From NCBI GenBank assembly GCA_963674595.2, contig CAXXFV010000017.1, positions 1 through 64,000 on the forward strand: DNA of 64,000 nucleotides. Direction: 5' to 3'. Below are positions 43,888 to 53,842 of this stretch, one piece after another. Source of the stretch: a bacterium (GTDB taxonomy: Bacteria; Zhuqueibacterota; Zhuqueibacteria; Residuimicrobiales; Krinioviventaceae). How positions within the stretch are numbered: the stretch's first letter is position 1; every line of letters starts with the position of its first letter. A model generated the notes under the pieces. It did not search any database, was not told where the DNA came from, and saw only the letters and a program-made list of their open reading frames with translations. The position numbers and the translations under genes were made by a program.

Positions 43888-44612
43888 AGAAAATTATGGA
43901 TTATAATTCTGAACTTGGGCAAGCAGTGAAATATTTTTGGACTGTTCGTACCAACCAGCAGAAAAATCAAGGCAAGGTTACAGGTATTAAAGATTATGGT
44001 AATCGGAGTGCCGTAACTGGTGGAAAACACCTTGATGGATTTGTCTCACTATTTGAGAATATTCTCACTGAAGCAGGCATACCAAAAGCATCTATCTATA
44101 TTCGAAAGACAACATTACCCGGATATTTCCGTCCAACAAAAGATTGGGACTTGGTAGTTGTTGTTGATGATCATTTATTGGCATCAATAGAATTAAAAAC
44201 ACAAGTTGGATCATTTGGTAATAATTTTAATAATCGGGTAGAGGAAGCTTTGGGTTCTTCGACGGACTTGCTAATGGCCTATCGTGAAGGAAAGTTTAAA
44301 CCATCCAAAAAGCCCTGGCTTGGTTGGCTTATGCTTCTTGAAGATAGCGAAAAATCCAAAAGACCGGTAAAAGTTAGAGAACCACATTTTAAAGTATTTC
44401 CTGAATTTAAGGATATATCATACGCGAAAAGATATGAACTTTTTTGTGAACGTATGGTTAGAGAAAGACTTTATGATTCAACATGTTTTTTAATGTCAAG
44501 TGAATCTGATGGTTTGTGTGGAGAATATGCAGAGCCAAATGAAGAATTAAGTTTTAAAAATTTTACTGCTTCCCTAATAGCTCATGCTATTGCGTATATA
44601 AAAATGCGCTAG
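43884..44612 (+). CDS. XhoI/PaeR7I-family type II restriction endonuclease
   Basis: R.AVTGGKHLDGF, LPGYFRPTKDWDL, IELK...SFGNNFNNR.EEALG; overlaps the methyltransferase stop. Confidence 0.85.
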   Translation: MKKIMDYNSELGQAVKYFWTVRTNQQKNQGKVTGIKDYGNRSAVTGGKHLDGFVSLFENILTEAGIPKASIYIRKTTLPGYFRPTKDWDLVVVVDDHLLASIELKTQVGSFGNNFNNRVEEALGSSTDLLMAYREGKFKPSKKPWLGWLMLLEDSEKSKRPVKVREPHFKVFPEFKDISYAKRYELFCERMVRERLYDSTCFLMSSESDGLCGEYAEPNEELSFKNFTASLIAHAIAYIKMR

Positions 44613-44857
44613 TAATCAGCAATTGTTAAGTTAAATTCAATCAGATTTGAAATCTTTTTAAAGTTTAATAAAAAGATGATCCAAAAATTAAGAGTAGATT
44701 AAAATTAATATAGTTAAATCCTGTTTGATAACTCATTGAGTCATATCATCCGGCTTTTTTATTACATCCCGCCTTGTTTTTCCTCCAATATTTATTCCGC
44801 AGATATTGTAAAATGTACTATATTTAACTAGATAATTTTACAACAAATAAGACGGAG

Positions 44858-46252
44858 ATGTACACCATGAATTCCACAAACTTCCGGAAACATATCCTAT
44901 GCATCGGCGCCGGATACGTCGGCGGGCCTACTATGGCCATGATCGCTGCAAAATGCCCCCAGTACCTTGTCACCGTTGTCGATATTAATCAGCAAAAAAT
45001 TCAGGCATGGCAAACAGACCAGCTTCCAATTTATGAACCGGGTTTGCTTGATGTCGTTAAACAGGCCCGGGGCCGTAATTTGGTTTTTTCTACGGAAATT
45101 GATAAAAACATCAAATCCGCTGATATTATTTTTGTATCTGTCAATACACCCACAAAAACATTTGGAGAGGGGGCGGGAAAAAGCGCTGACCTGCAATATT
45201 GGGAAAAAACAGCGCGAGATATTTTAAAAGCCTCGGACACGGATAAAATCATTGTCGAAAAGAGCACGCTTCCCGTGCGGACTGCCGGGGCCATGGAGCG
45301 TATTTTAAACTCTAATGATAAAGGCATAACATTTCAAGTTATTTCGAATCCGGAATTCCTCGCGGAAGGAACAGCCGTAGATGACCTGGAGAATCCGGAC
45401 CGTGTTTTAATCGGTTCTCAGGAAACAGAAAGCGGCCTAAAGGCCCGTAACGAAATTGTGGAAATTTATGCCAACTGGGTCCCGCAGGAGAGGATCGTTA
45501 CCAGCAATATCTGGAGCTCCGAGCTTTCAAAACTGGTCGCCAATGCGTTTTTGGCGCAGCGTATTTCATCCATCAACAGCATTTCCGCACTTTGTGAAAA
45601 AACCGAAGCCGACGTTCAGGAAGTTGCCCATGCCATTGGAATGGATTCCCGCATCGGCAGCCGGTTTCTTAATGCCAGTGTCGGGTTTGGCGGGTCATGT
45701 TTTAAAAAAGATATTCTCAATTTGGTCTATATTGCGGAATCCTACGGTCTTTCGGAAGTCGCTGCCTATTGGGAAAATGTTGTGCTGATCAACGAGTATC
45801 AGCAAAATCGATTTGTAAAAAACATGATGCGGGCGCTTTTTAATACCATTTCCAATAAAAAGATTGCAATATTGGGATTTGCATTCAAGGCCGACACCGG
45901 CGATACCCGCGAGTCCCCGGCCATTCACATCGTTAAAAAACTTTTGGCAGAAAAAGCACATGTTGTTGTTTCCGATCCCCAGGCTTTGGAAAATGCCAAA
46001 ATCGATTTAAAAGGATGTGAAGGGTCTATTGAATATATTGCAGACCCTTATAAAGCGGTAAAAGATACCCATGCAATTGCCATTGTTACCGAATGGGACC
46101 TGTATAAATCGTTGGATTATGAAAAAATATTCAAGGATATGGTCAAGCCGGCTTTTATTTTTGACGGGCGAAATATTCTCAATCACCAGGAATTATTTGA
46201 AATCGGTTTTAATGTTTATCCCCTGGGCAAGCCGGCCCTGTCTCATCTTTAG
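44858..46252 (+). CDS. ugd: UDP-glucose 6-dehydrogenase
   Basis: IGAGYVGGPT, EKST.PV, SNPEFLAEG, GFGGSCFKKD and DTRESPA. Confidence 0.95.
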   Translation: MYTMNSTNFRKHILCIGAGYVGGPTMAMIAAKCPQYLVTVVDINQQKIQAWQTDQLPIYEPGLLDVVKQARGRNLVFSTEIDKNIKSADIIFVSVNTPTKTFGEGAGKSADLQYWEKTARDILKASDTDKIIVEKSTLPVRTAGAMERILNSNDKGITFQVISNPEFLAEGTAVDDLENPDRVLIGSQETESGLKARNEIVEIYANWVPQERIVTSNIWSSELSKLVANAFLAQRISSINSISALCEKTEADVQEVAHAIGMDSRIGSRFLNASVGFGGSCFKKDILNLVYIAESYGLSEVAAYWENVVLINEYQQNRFVKNMMRALFNTISNKKIAILGFAFKADTGDTRESPAIHIVKKLLAEKAHVVVSDPQALENAKIDLKGCEGSIEYIADPYKAVKDTHAIAIVTEWDLYKSLDYEKIFKDMVKPAFIFDGRNILNHQELFEIGFNVYPLGKPALSHL

Positions 46253-46281
46253 AAATATTGTAGTTAAATGTATTGTACCTG

Positions 46282-46307
46282 AAGGCCGGACATGCCCGGC
46301 CTTTTTT
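46282..46307 (+). terminator. Rho-independent terminator after ugd
   Basis: AAGGCCGG-ACATGC-CCGGCCTT followed by a T-run. Confidence 0.8.
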
Positions 46308-46411
46308 ATCATAATTTTTTTGGATATTGTTTGCAAAAATGGCATTAAATGTTTATACTGATAAACTATTATCCGGTTAAATTGTGGGTCCCTTGAAGAA
46401 AGGACAAGTCT

Positions 46412-47431
46412 ATGAATAAAGTTTTTTATCTGATTTTCCTTTTTGTTTTTTCAATGGAATGTTTTGCACAACGCGATGCGCTTCCAAAAGTTTCAGATGA
46501 GTTCAGTCAAATAACTGAACAGTTTATTGACTTTGATGTCATTGTAAAACCGGATAAAGATGCCCCTGAATGGTGGGCCGGTGCACCATCGGTTGTTGTG
46601 GACCGGCAGAGAGTTTTTTGGATGGCCTGCCGGATGCGCACCGCAGACGCTCCCAGAGGGCTTCGTGGGTATGAAATTCGCATTCTTAAAAGTGCTGACG
46701 GGGTTAGTTTTGAAACGGTGCGTCACATAAAACGCGAACAGGTGCCTATTGATGGTTTTGAACGGCCGGCGCTGTTGATTGATCCTGTTACCAGCCTGTT
46801 CAAACTGTACGGATGCGGACCGGACTCGAACGGTGTTTGGGGTATTTTTAAATTTGAGGATGCCGAATCACCGGATAAGTTCAAGCCTGAAACAGCGAAA
46901 AGAGTGATTGTGCCCTTTGCCAGGGAATATCCGCGTCAAATAACAGTGACCGGATATAAAGATCCGGTTATTATACATTCACAGGGACAGTATCACTGCT
47001 ATGTCATCGGCTATGTCCGGCAAAACGAACGGATCTTTCATTTTACCAGTCCGGATGGCGAAACATGGCAGCCAGTTGGGCATCCGAATAAAAGTATCAT
47101 GCCCTTGTCCGGCTGGCACGATTTCTTTGTTCGTCCCGCTTCTGTTGTGCCGTTGGGTGTCGGTTATCTTTTTGCCTATGAAGGCTCCTGTGCCGCCTGG
47201 AAAGACCCTGTTTATAATATCGCCACCGGATTAGGTTTTACATTTGATTTACACCATATTTATGATTTAACGGCTGATTCACCTTTTATCCTTAGCAGTA
47301 CCCCCGGAAGTTTTTATACCTGCCGGTATTCTTGCTGGCTGATTATTAAAAATGAAATATGGATTTATGCCGAAACGGCCAAACCCAATGACTCCCATGA
47401 AATTCGTCTTTTTCGAATTAAGATGAAATGA
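46412..47431 (+). CDS. Secreted beta-propeller glycoside-hydrolase-like protein
   Basis: Signal peptide; WAGAPS, SADG.SF and SPDGETW Asp-box-like turns; YKDPV. Confidence 0.5.
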   Translation: MNKVFYLIFLFVFSMECFAQRDALPKVSDEFSQITEQFIDFDVIVKPDKDAPEWWAGAPSVVVDRQRVFWMACRMRTADAPRGLRGYEIRILKSADGVSFETVRHIKREQVPIDGFERPALLIDPVTSLFKLYGCGPDSNGVWGIFKFEDAESPDKFKPETAKRVIVPFAREYPRQITVTGYKDPVIIHSQGQYHCYVIGYVRQNERIFHFTSPDGETWQPVGHPNKSIMPLSGWHDFFVRPASVVPLGVGYLFAYEGSCAAWKDPVYNIATGLGFTFDLHHIYDLTADSPFILSSTPGSFYTCRYSCWLIIKNEIWIYAETAKPNDSHEIRLFRIKMK

Positions 47432-47443
47432 TTATATTTTTAA

Positions 47444-47470
47444 TGTAAATGAATCTGATTTTTTTTCGTC
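47444..47470 (+). promoter_or_regulatory. Possible autoregulatory ECF promoter
   Basis: TGTAAA-N17-CGTC upstream of the ECF sigma gene. Confidence 0.35.
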
Positions 47471-47521
47471 TTATAGATGAATCAGTTGATCTGTCAAGTC
47501 GCGAGATCCTATGAGTATTAA

Positions 47522-48088
47522 ATGAAAGACAAAGAAGACAAGCTTGTCCAAAAATCCAAGGCCGGTAATAAAGCTGCTTTTGGAAAATTGGCCAAATTGT
47601 ATCAGGATAAAGTGCTTTTTCTCGCGTACGATCTTGTCGGCGATTATGATGAAGCTAAAGACATTGCTCAGGATAGTTTTTTTAAAGCGTATAAGAATTT
47701 ATATCAATTTGAAGAAAGGTCCAAATTTTCAACCTGGTTGTATCGAATTACCGTAAATATGGCGATGGATACATTACGGAAAAAACAACGGGTTCGTTTT
47801 ACATCACTGGAACCGTTTACTAATCTGAATGATTCGGAATATTTACAAAACCATAATGTTCAGCCTGATTTTGAACTGGAAAATTCGGAAATAGCAAAAT
47901 ACCTTGATCTGGCCATTGAAGGACTGGTTCTTACGCAAAAAATTGCTGTTGTATTAAAGTTTTTTCATCAAAAAAAAGCCTCTGAAATTGCCGATATATT
48001 AGGCTGTGCTGAAAATACAGCCAGGGTTCATTTAGCCAGAGGAATTGAAAATATAAAAAAGAAAATGATCAAGTATATTAAAGAATAA
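47522..48088 (+). CDS. ECF RNA polymerase sigma factor (SigW/RpoE-like)
   Basis: EAKDIAQDSFFKAY, SKFSTWLYRI and EIADILG..ENT..V.L.R. Confidence 0.92.
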   Translation: MKDKEDKLVQKSKAGNKAAFGKLAKLYQDKVLFLAYDLVGDYDEAKDIAQDSFFKAYKNLYQFEERSKFSTWLYRITVNMAMDTLRKKQRVRFTSLEPFTNLNDSEYLQNHNVQPDFELENSEIAKYLDLAIEGLVLTQKIAVVLKFFHQKKASEIADILGCAENTARVHLARGIENIKKKMIKYIKE

Positions 48089-48092
48089 TTAT

Positions 48093-48875
48093 ATGAAAAA
48101 TTGTAAATATCAAAAATATATTTTAGAATATTTTGAACAACAGTTGCCTCCTCAGGAAACTAAAAAAGTTCGACTTCATCTTCAGGAGTGCGACCATTGC
48201 AAAAATTATTTAAAAGACCTTACATCCGTCACACCCCGTCTGAACGTCCGTAAACGGCCTGAACCTGACAAGGAATTTTTATCTCAATATCATCAATCCC
48301 TGGCATCCATGTTTGAGCCGGAATCAATGTGGACCCGGATATATGAAAAGATAAAAGACGCTTTTACTCCGCTTGCACCGCATGGTTTACGCTGGGTCCA
48401 GGTTATGGCTGTTCTTGTTGTCGGTATTATTATCGGGCGCATGTGGTCTGATTACAAGAGTGCCCCTGTTGAGACCGTGTCTGAAAAAATTATCAATATT
48501 CAGCCTATTTGTGATAATGATATTGATTTTATGACCCGGTTTTTTAGCAAGTCAGAACTGTTTTTACTGGAAATTAAAAACAAGCCTTGTAGCGACGAAA
48601 CCGCTGCCGTTGATTTTTCATTAAAAATGAAAATGGCCAACAATCTTTTGGTCCAGGCCGGCTATATGAACGAACTTGCAGCCAACATTAATGATGAATC
48701 GTTGGTTACCTATTTAAATCGATTAGAGTTTTTACTGCTGGAATTTACAAATCATGATAAAAAGGAAATACAGGAAATTTTTTCAAAATTATCAAAAATT
48801 ATAGAAGAGACTGGATTATTAAATCAATCCCGAACTTATCTCGACCACTTTAAAACCGAACATGATCATATTTAG
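48093..48875 (+). CDS. Zinc-binding (ZAS) anti-sigma factor with TM and extracytoplasmic domain
   Basis: HLQECDHC (HxxxCxxC); TM VMAVLVVGIIIG; follows the ECF sigma gene. Confidence 0.85.
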   Translation: MKNCKYQKYILEYFEQQLPPQETKKVRLHLQECDHCKNYLKDLTSVTPRLNVRKRPEPDKEFLSQYHQSLASMFEPESMWTRIYEKIKDAFTPLAPHGLRWVQVMAVLVVGIIIGRMWSDYKSAPVETVSEKIINIQPICDNDIDFMTRFFSKSELFLLEIKNKPCSDETAAVDFSLKMKMANNLLVQAGYMNELAANINDESLVTYLNRLEFLLLEFTNHDKKEIQEIFSKLSKIIEETGLLNQSRTYLDHFKTEHDHI

Positions 48876-48889
48876 ACAGGTTATATTAT

Positions 48890-50494
48890 TTGAGAATATT
48901 GAAGATAAATATATTTTGGCTGCTGCTGTTTGTGATGACCTGCTTTGCTTTTTCCCGGGACAGTGAAACAATTCAAGACCATTTTTTAAATGCAAAAATG
49001 GCTGTTATTGAACAAAAGTGGGCACAAGCAATTACCAAACTATCCGAGTTTTTAAAAAATAATCCGGGAAATTTTGCCGAAGAAGCACAGTTTTGGCTTG
49101 GCTTTAGTCTGGAACGTCAGGCAAGTTCGCCGGAAAAAGCGTTTGAAGCTTTTACCAAGCTGACCCAAACCTATCCGAACGGCACCTGGGCTGATGACGC
49201 TATTTTACATCAAATTACGCTGGCTGAAAAATTAATAATCATCGGGAAAAAGTCCTACCTGGAATTTCTGGTGCAGATGCTTGACAATCCGATGGATAAT
49301 ATTCGTTATCAGGCTGCCCTGGCACTGGGACGGATTGAAGATGAAAGGGCGCTTCCGGTTCTCGAAAAAATGCTTAACGATCCCGAACTGGGACTTGTTG
49401 CTGAAAAATTGATAAACAATATTAAAAATCAGGAACAGCCCCAACGTGTAAAATATATGGATTTTAAGAACAAATCAATCCTGCATGATAACCATAACCA
49501 AACAAAAGATGAAGCTTATTATTTTTCAGAAGAACAATTTGATCTGTATAAAAAACTGACAAAATCTGAAAACAAGTGGAGCAGGGCAGAATTGGTTACA
49601 TTTGGGTTATGGCATGTTATGCCGGAAAAGTATTTTACCCAGTATTATAACATGTCCGATAAAGACAAAGAGCTTTGGTATTATATCTTTTGGAAGAAAA
49701 ATGATCCAACGCCGACCACGGAAATAAATGAAGCCATGTTGGAATTTGAAAAAAGAATCAACTATGCCAGAGAAAATTATTACTATTTTGATAATACAGA
49801 AAATTTTGCCTATGCGCCCTGGGACGCACGTGGTGAATTATATATAAAATATGGTGAGCCGCAAACAAAATTGACCTATCCCGGGGGAGAGTCATGGTAT
49901 TACAAGTTCCTTGAGACTCAATTTCAAATTAAAAATTTTGTTACCAATATTTTTGGGCGTGCCATAACCTTTGGACAGGTCGTGCACGGAAAACGGTTCC
50001 GGGGATATTCTTTTCATCGGCAAAATGTTTACTGGAGAGATATTCCCCTGAGTTCTGATGAAATAAAGCTTGATGATCTGAAAAAGTATGAATTCCAGTA
50101 TATTTTTCAGCCTGTATTTTATTATCGATACGATCACAATGGTGATAAATTTAATGATTTCAATTGTTCCATTGAAACTAAAAATTCAAATGTTGCTGTC
50201 CGGTATTCCTTTCCATTAAAAGAGCTTGATATAGAAAAAGGGGAAGAGGGGTATTATGCAGACTGGATGGAACGGTTTGTTGTTTATGACCAGTGGATGC
50301 AGCCTGTTTTGGAAAATGAAACTAGAAAAGTGATTAAAAACAATTCAAAAAAAGAGATACAAAAGATCAAAAATATTCACGAGAATATCTTTCTGGGCCT
50401 GTCCCAGGGTAATTACACCCTTGGTTTTAAGGTTTATAATGCGGCGGTAAACAAGTATTATGTTTTAATGCGGGAATTTAAAGTAATCGAGTAA
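48890..50494 (+). CDS. Secreted TPR/HEAT plus GWxTD-domain protein
   Basis: FWKKNDPTPTTEINE...EFEKRINYA...DARGELYIKYGEP; HEAT-like RYQAALALGRI. Confidence 0.75.
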   Translation: MRILKINIFWLLLFVMTCFAFSRDSETIQDHFLNAKMAVIEQKWAQAITKLSEFLKNNPGNFAEEAQFWLGFSLERQASSPEKAFEAFTKLTQTYPNGTWADDAILHQITLAEKLIIIGKKSYLEFLVQMLDNPMDNIRYQAALALGRIEDERALPVLEKMLNDPELGLVAEKLINNIKNQEQPQRVKYMDFKNKSILHDNHNQTKDEAYYFSEEQFDLYKKLTKSENKWSRAELVTFGLWHVMPEKYFTQYYNMSDKDKELWYYIFWKKNDPTPTTEINEAMLEFEKRINYARENYYYFDNTENFAYAPWDARGELYIKYGEPQTKLTYPGGESWYYKFLETQFQIKNFVTNIFGRAITFGQVVHGKRFRGYSFHRQNVYWRDIPLSSDEIKLDDLKKYEFQYIFQPVFYYRYDHNGDKFNDFNCSIETKNSNVAVRYSFPLKELDIEKGEEGYYADWMERFVVYDQWMQPVLENETRKVIKNNSKKEIQKIKNIHENIFLGLSQGNYTLGFKVYNAAVNKYYVLMREFKVIE

Positions 50495-50528
50495 AAGTGA
50501 GATTCTGTTGTTCTCTATTGCTACCCTT

Positions 50529-50564
50529 AAAAAAGGGCCGGAGTACTAATTCCGGCCCTTTTTT
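50529..50564. terminator. Bidirectional terminator
   Basis: AAAAAAGGGCCGGA-GTACTAAT-TCCGGCCCTTTTTT between convergent genes. Confidence 0.88.
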
Positions 50565-50571
50565 ATTTTAG

Positions 50572-52890
50572 TTAATTTATTTCCGGTCTGGGTGGTCCGT
50601 TATAGGGTTTAGCGCCGAATTGTTGCCCCTTATGCGGTTTTACGGAAATCAAGTCCGGATCGGTTACTGTCGGCGCTTTAATCATACCGTGATATCTGGC
50701 CATCCAGTAATCTCTTAAAAAACCGGTCGGATCAGCAACCACGCGTCCGCCGGCTCCGCCGTCATAGGGCAGGGCATTACGGCTGCCGCCTTTAACCGAG
50801 GTCTCTCTGGGGGACATGCCCCGTGTACCGCCGCCATAGGGAACATAGCCGGGCTCCGGCGCAAGGTCACTGCGGTGTGAATTTTTATAACTGTCTACCA
50901 CACAATCCAATGTCCATTCGCGTAAATGCTTTACAGCCAAATCCAGTTCGCAGTCATTTCCTGTTATTGCGCCATACAAAATGCTGTACAGAGAAACATG
51001 TTCCATTCGTTTCAGTTCCCAGGTCCGTTCCAGACTGCGCAGGTAAATGGACCGCATGATTGGATCGTCGGTATAACGAAACAGGGTATAATAACACCGG
51101 GACGCCAGGTTGTCGTCCCAGGGGGCAATGTCTTTTGGGGGAAATGTAATTTTTTGCCGTACCGTATAGTGGTGATATCCCCAGTCCAAAACCTGCTGAT
51201 AACCTTCTTTGAATTTTTTATCGCCGCTGACACCATAGGCTGCCAGCAAAAAGCTTTGTATTTCCACGCCGTTCAAACCAATGGCATACTGCCCGTAAGG
51301 ACGCTGCAGATAATCCGGGTCCCATCGGCCCCAGCGTGTCGGCTTGTCATCCATATCTCTTAGGAGAAAACCGTTGTCGATGATGTGTGAGGCAATTTTT
51401 TCAAGGTGTTCTTTTGCCAGTTCCTTTTCACGGCCTTTTGCCACCAGATCGTGAAAAATGGAAACCGAATAATAGTGGGCCGTTACTTCATCGCTTGAAG
51501 TATCGCCTTTCCAGTACCATTTGCCGTCTTCTGTGGGGTACCATTTGGCCGGTAAACCACCGGAACCGTGTCTGCCCATTTTGTCCTGATCGCCTGTTGT
51601 CGACCATATAGCCCGGGCAATAAAACCGTCTTTGGGGGTAATTTTATCCAGCCAGATCATGGCTTTAAAAGCATCCACCGCTTCTTCGCGGGCCTTTTCG
51701 TCACCGGTAACGGCATATTTAAAACACATGGCTGCCAGGTAAGGGGCCGTGTGCCCGCCGTCGTTATCACTGATATGACGAATCCATTCGCCTTTATCAT
51801 TTTTAACAAGTGAATGAACAAATCCCAACCGTTTGTGGCCCCATTCATTGATATGCCGTTCATAAAAGGCGGCTTTTTTTAACAGGGTATAGGGTTCGTA
51901 CTTGATAATGCCGATACCACTGTTTGTGGCGATATAGACACTTTTGTCATGTACGGCAATATCATTGACATAATCACCGGGCAGCCAGTGGTATGGGCCG
52001 AAATAGTGCCATTCATCTTTAAGCATGCGTATGGCCCCGGTGGTGGTGCCAATCCAAAGGTCATTATCAAAACCCTTTGCCAGACAGGTTGTTGCTTCAT
52101 AGGGCAGGCGGTCTTTACCGTCCAGTGTTGTCAATGCGGCGCCGCGTAAAACAGCCAAACCCCGGTCCGTCGTGATAAACAGACGACTTCCCAAGGCCAG
52201 CATATCGTGCGTATTGGGAGAGGGAAACGCGCCCCAGTCTATAAACTCTTCGTTAACAATTGCACCGTCAAACAGCACCAGTTGTCCGGGACGGAGTGCA
52301 TACAATGTTCCGCTGTAAGAATCAATCCGTTCAATCGGCCCAAACCGCACCGGATCAGCCAAAACCTGGGTACCGTCTGCCATCAGCATGGTTTTGTCAC
52401 TGGAAAGATAACCCTCTTTGGGTTTTATATTCGTCAACGTTTCGTTTTCAATACGATACACGTCCTCTCTGGTGGCGGCATGCACCGCGCCCTGGTGAAT
52501 GCACATATCTTTAAAATGCTGGTCATCCAGTTTTTTCCAGTTTTTATTCTTTAAAATATACAGTCCAGCCTTTGACAAGGCCCATAGTTTATTGTCTAAA
52601 ACCAATAAACGTTCCGTTTGTTCAGGTCCGGACATTTTATTCAGAGTCTGGTCATCAAGGGTGTATATGTGATTTTCCATAACGGCATAACATGTGCCGT
52701 CATAAAAAGCCACGGACTGCACCGGTTTGGTGGTAGGTATTTTTTGCGAAACTTGCTCAAGATAGACATTGTCCGGCTCCGGCGTCCATAATCGTTGTTG
52801 GGTATGGAAAAAATCATCAGCAGCAACACGCCCCATAATCAGAAATAACAGGATAAATGTTCTCAGGAAAAAATAAAATTGATTTTTCAT
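50572..52890 (-). CDS. Secreted protein: beta-propeller N-domain plus helical glycosidase-like C-domain
   Basis: Signal peptide; LWIGTTTG and YIATNSGI propeller repeats; SDNDG and WKGDTSSDE acidic motifs. Confidence 0.5.
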   Translation of the reverse strand: MKNQFYFFLRTFILLFLIMGRVAADDFFHTQQRLWTPEPDNVYLEQVSQKIPTTKPVQSVAFYDGTCYAVMENHIYTLDDQTLNKMSGPEQTERLLVLDNKLWALSKAGLYILKNKNWKKLDDQHFKDMCIHQGAVHAATREDVYRIENETLTNIKPKEGYLSSDKTMLMADGTQVLADPVRFGPIERIDSYSGTLYALRPGQLVLFDGAIVNEEFIDWGAFPSPNTHDMLALGSRLFITTDRGLAVLRGAALTTLDGKDRLPYEATTCLAKGFDNDLWIGTTTGAIRMLKDEWHYFGPYHWLPGDYVNDIAVHDKSVYIATNSGIGIIKYEPYTLLKKAAFYERHINEWGHKRLGFVHSLVKNDKGEWIRHISDNDGGHTAPYLAAMCFKYAVTGDEKAREEAVDAFKAMIWLDKITPKDGFIARAIWSTTGDQDKMGRHGSGGLPAKWYPTEDGKWYWKGDTSSDEVTAHYYSVSIFHDLVAKGREKELAKEHLEKIASHIIDNGFLLRDMDDKPTRWGRWDPDYLQRPYGQYAIGLNGVEIQSFLLAAYGVSGDKKFKEGYQQVLDWGYHHYTVRQKITFPPKDIAPWDDNLASRCYYTLFRYTDDPIMRSIYLRSLERTWELKRMEHVSLYSILYGAITGNDCELDLAVKHLREWTLDCVVDSYKNSHRSDLAPEPGYVPYGGGTRGMSPRETSVKGGSRNALPYDGGAGGRVVADPTGFLRDYWMARYHGMIKAPTVTDPDLISVKPHKGQQFGAKPYNGPPRPEIN

Positions 52891-52973
52891 AGGGAACTCC
52901 TTATTAAGTTAATATTTATATAGTCAAGGGGTATTGAACATTGATCTTTCGTGATGTTTGATGATAAAAACTA

Positions 52974-53798
52974 TTAACTTTCCAATCGCAGCAGTTTTAC
53001 GGCATTTCCTCTGGCAATAGCGGCACGATGGGCCTCGTCCATGGGCGTGTTTTGCATCCACTCTACATGCCCGAATTCATGACCGGCGCAAAGATAATCT
53101 GTTGCAAATAATAATTTGGACCAGTTGCGTTTAATAAAGCCCTGGGTGAACCCGGGATCGCGTGTGACCGCATTATAACCGGACCCGGCGGATAAATCGG
53201 CATACATGTTGTCATATTCCTGCAGAAAACGGTCGGCAACACCGCCTTTAACAACTTTGGTGGTGGGATAGTCACAGGCGCCGTCATCGTCGGCTGAAAT
53301 GGCATTCCACCATCGCGGACCATGACCGATAAAAACCGTGTCCGGAAACTCTTTTAAACATTTTTCCAGCCTCGGCAAACCGACCTCATCCCACGAGTGT
53401 TCACCCGCACCATAAAAAATAACCGGCAAACCAAGTTCACCGCATTTAGCGTAAACTCTTTTACGCAGCGGATCGTCAAACACCAGTTTATCGACAAATT
53501 CGCCAAAGCCTTTTACCAGCCTGTGTTTGGCAAAATGTTCAATCAGTTGCAGGCATTTGTCTTTTCTCGGATCAATATGGATAAACGGAATGATGCGTTC
53601 CGGGTATTGGTCGGCGGCTTCTATGACCCAGTCCGTTAAACAATAACCGGATGTATATTCCGGGCTTTCCATGGGAAGCACAACCGATTTTTCTATACCG
53701 CGTTTGTTCATGGTGTCTACAAGCTGTGCCGGGCTGATTCCCGGACGGTCATCAGGCAAACGTCCGGAATAGTAAATGTGGGTGTGAGTATCGATCAT
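52974..53798 (-). CDS. Amidohydrolase_2 family metal-dependent hydrolase
   Basis: IDTHTH, GFGE, FIGHG, YADLSA and LLFATD. Confidence 0.85.
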   Translation of the reverse strand: MIDTHTHIYYSGRLPDDRPGISPAQLVDTMNKRGIEKSVVLPMESPEYTSGYCLTDWVIEAADQYPERIIPFIHIDPRKDKCLQLIEHFAKHRLVKGFGEFVDKLVFDDPLRKRVYAKCGELGLPVIFYGAGEHSWDEVGLPRLEKCLKEFPDTVFIGHGPRWWNAISADDDGACDYPTTKVVKGGVADRFLQEYDNMYADLSAGSGYNAVTRDPGFTQGFIKRNWSKLLFATDYLCAGHEFGHVEWMQNTPMDEAHRAAIARGNAVKLLRLES

Positions 53799-53842
53799 CA
53801 GGTTCCTCTTTGGTTTAATCTATTATACCTTTTTCTGTTTAT

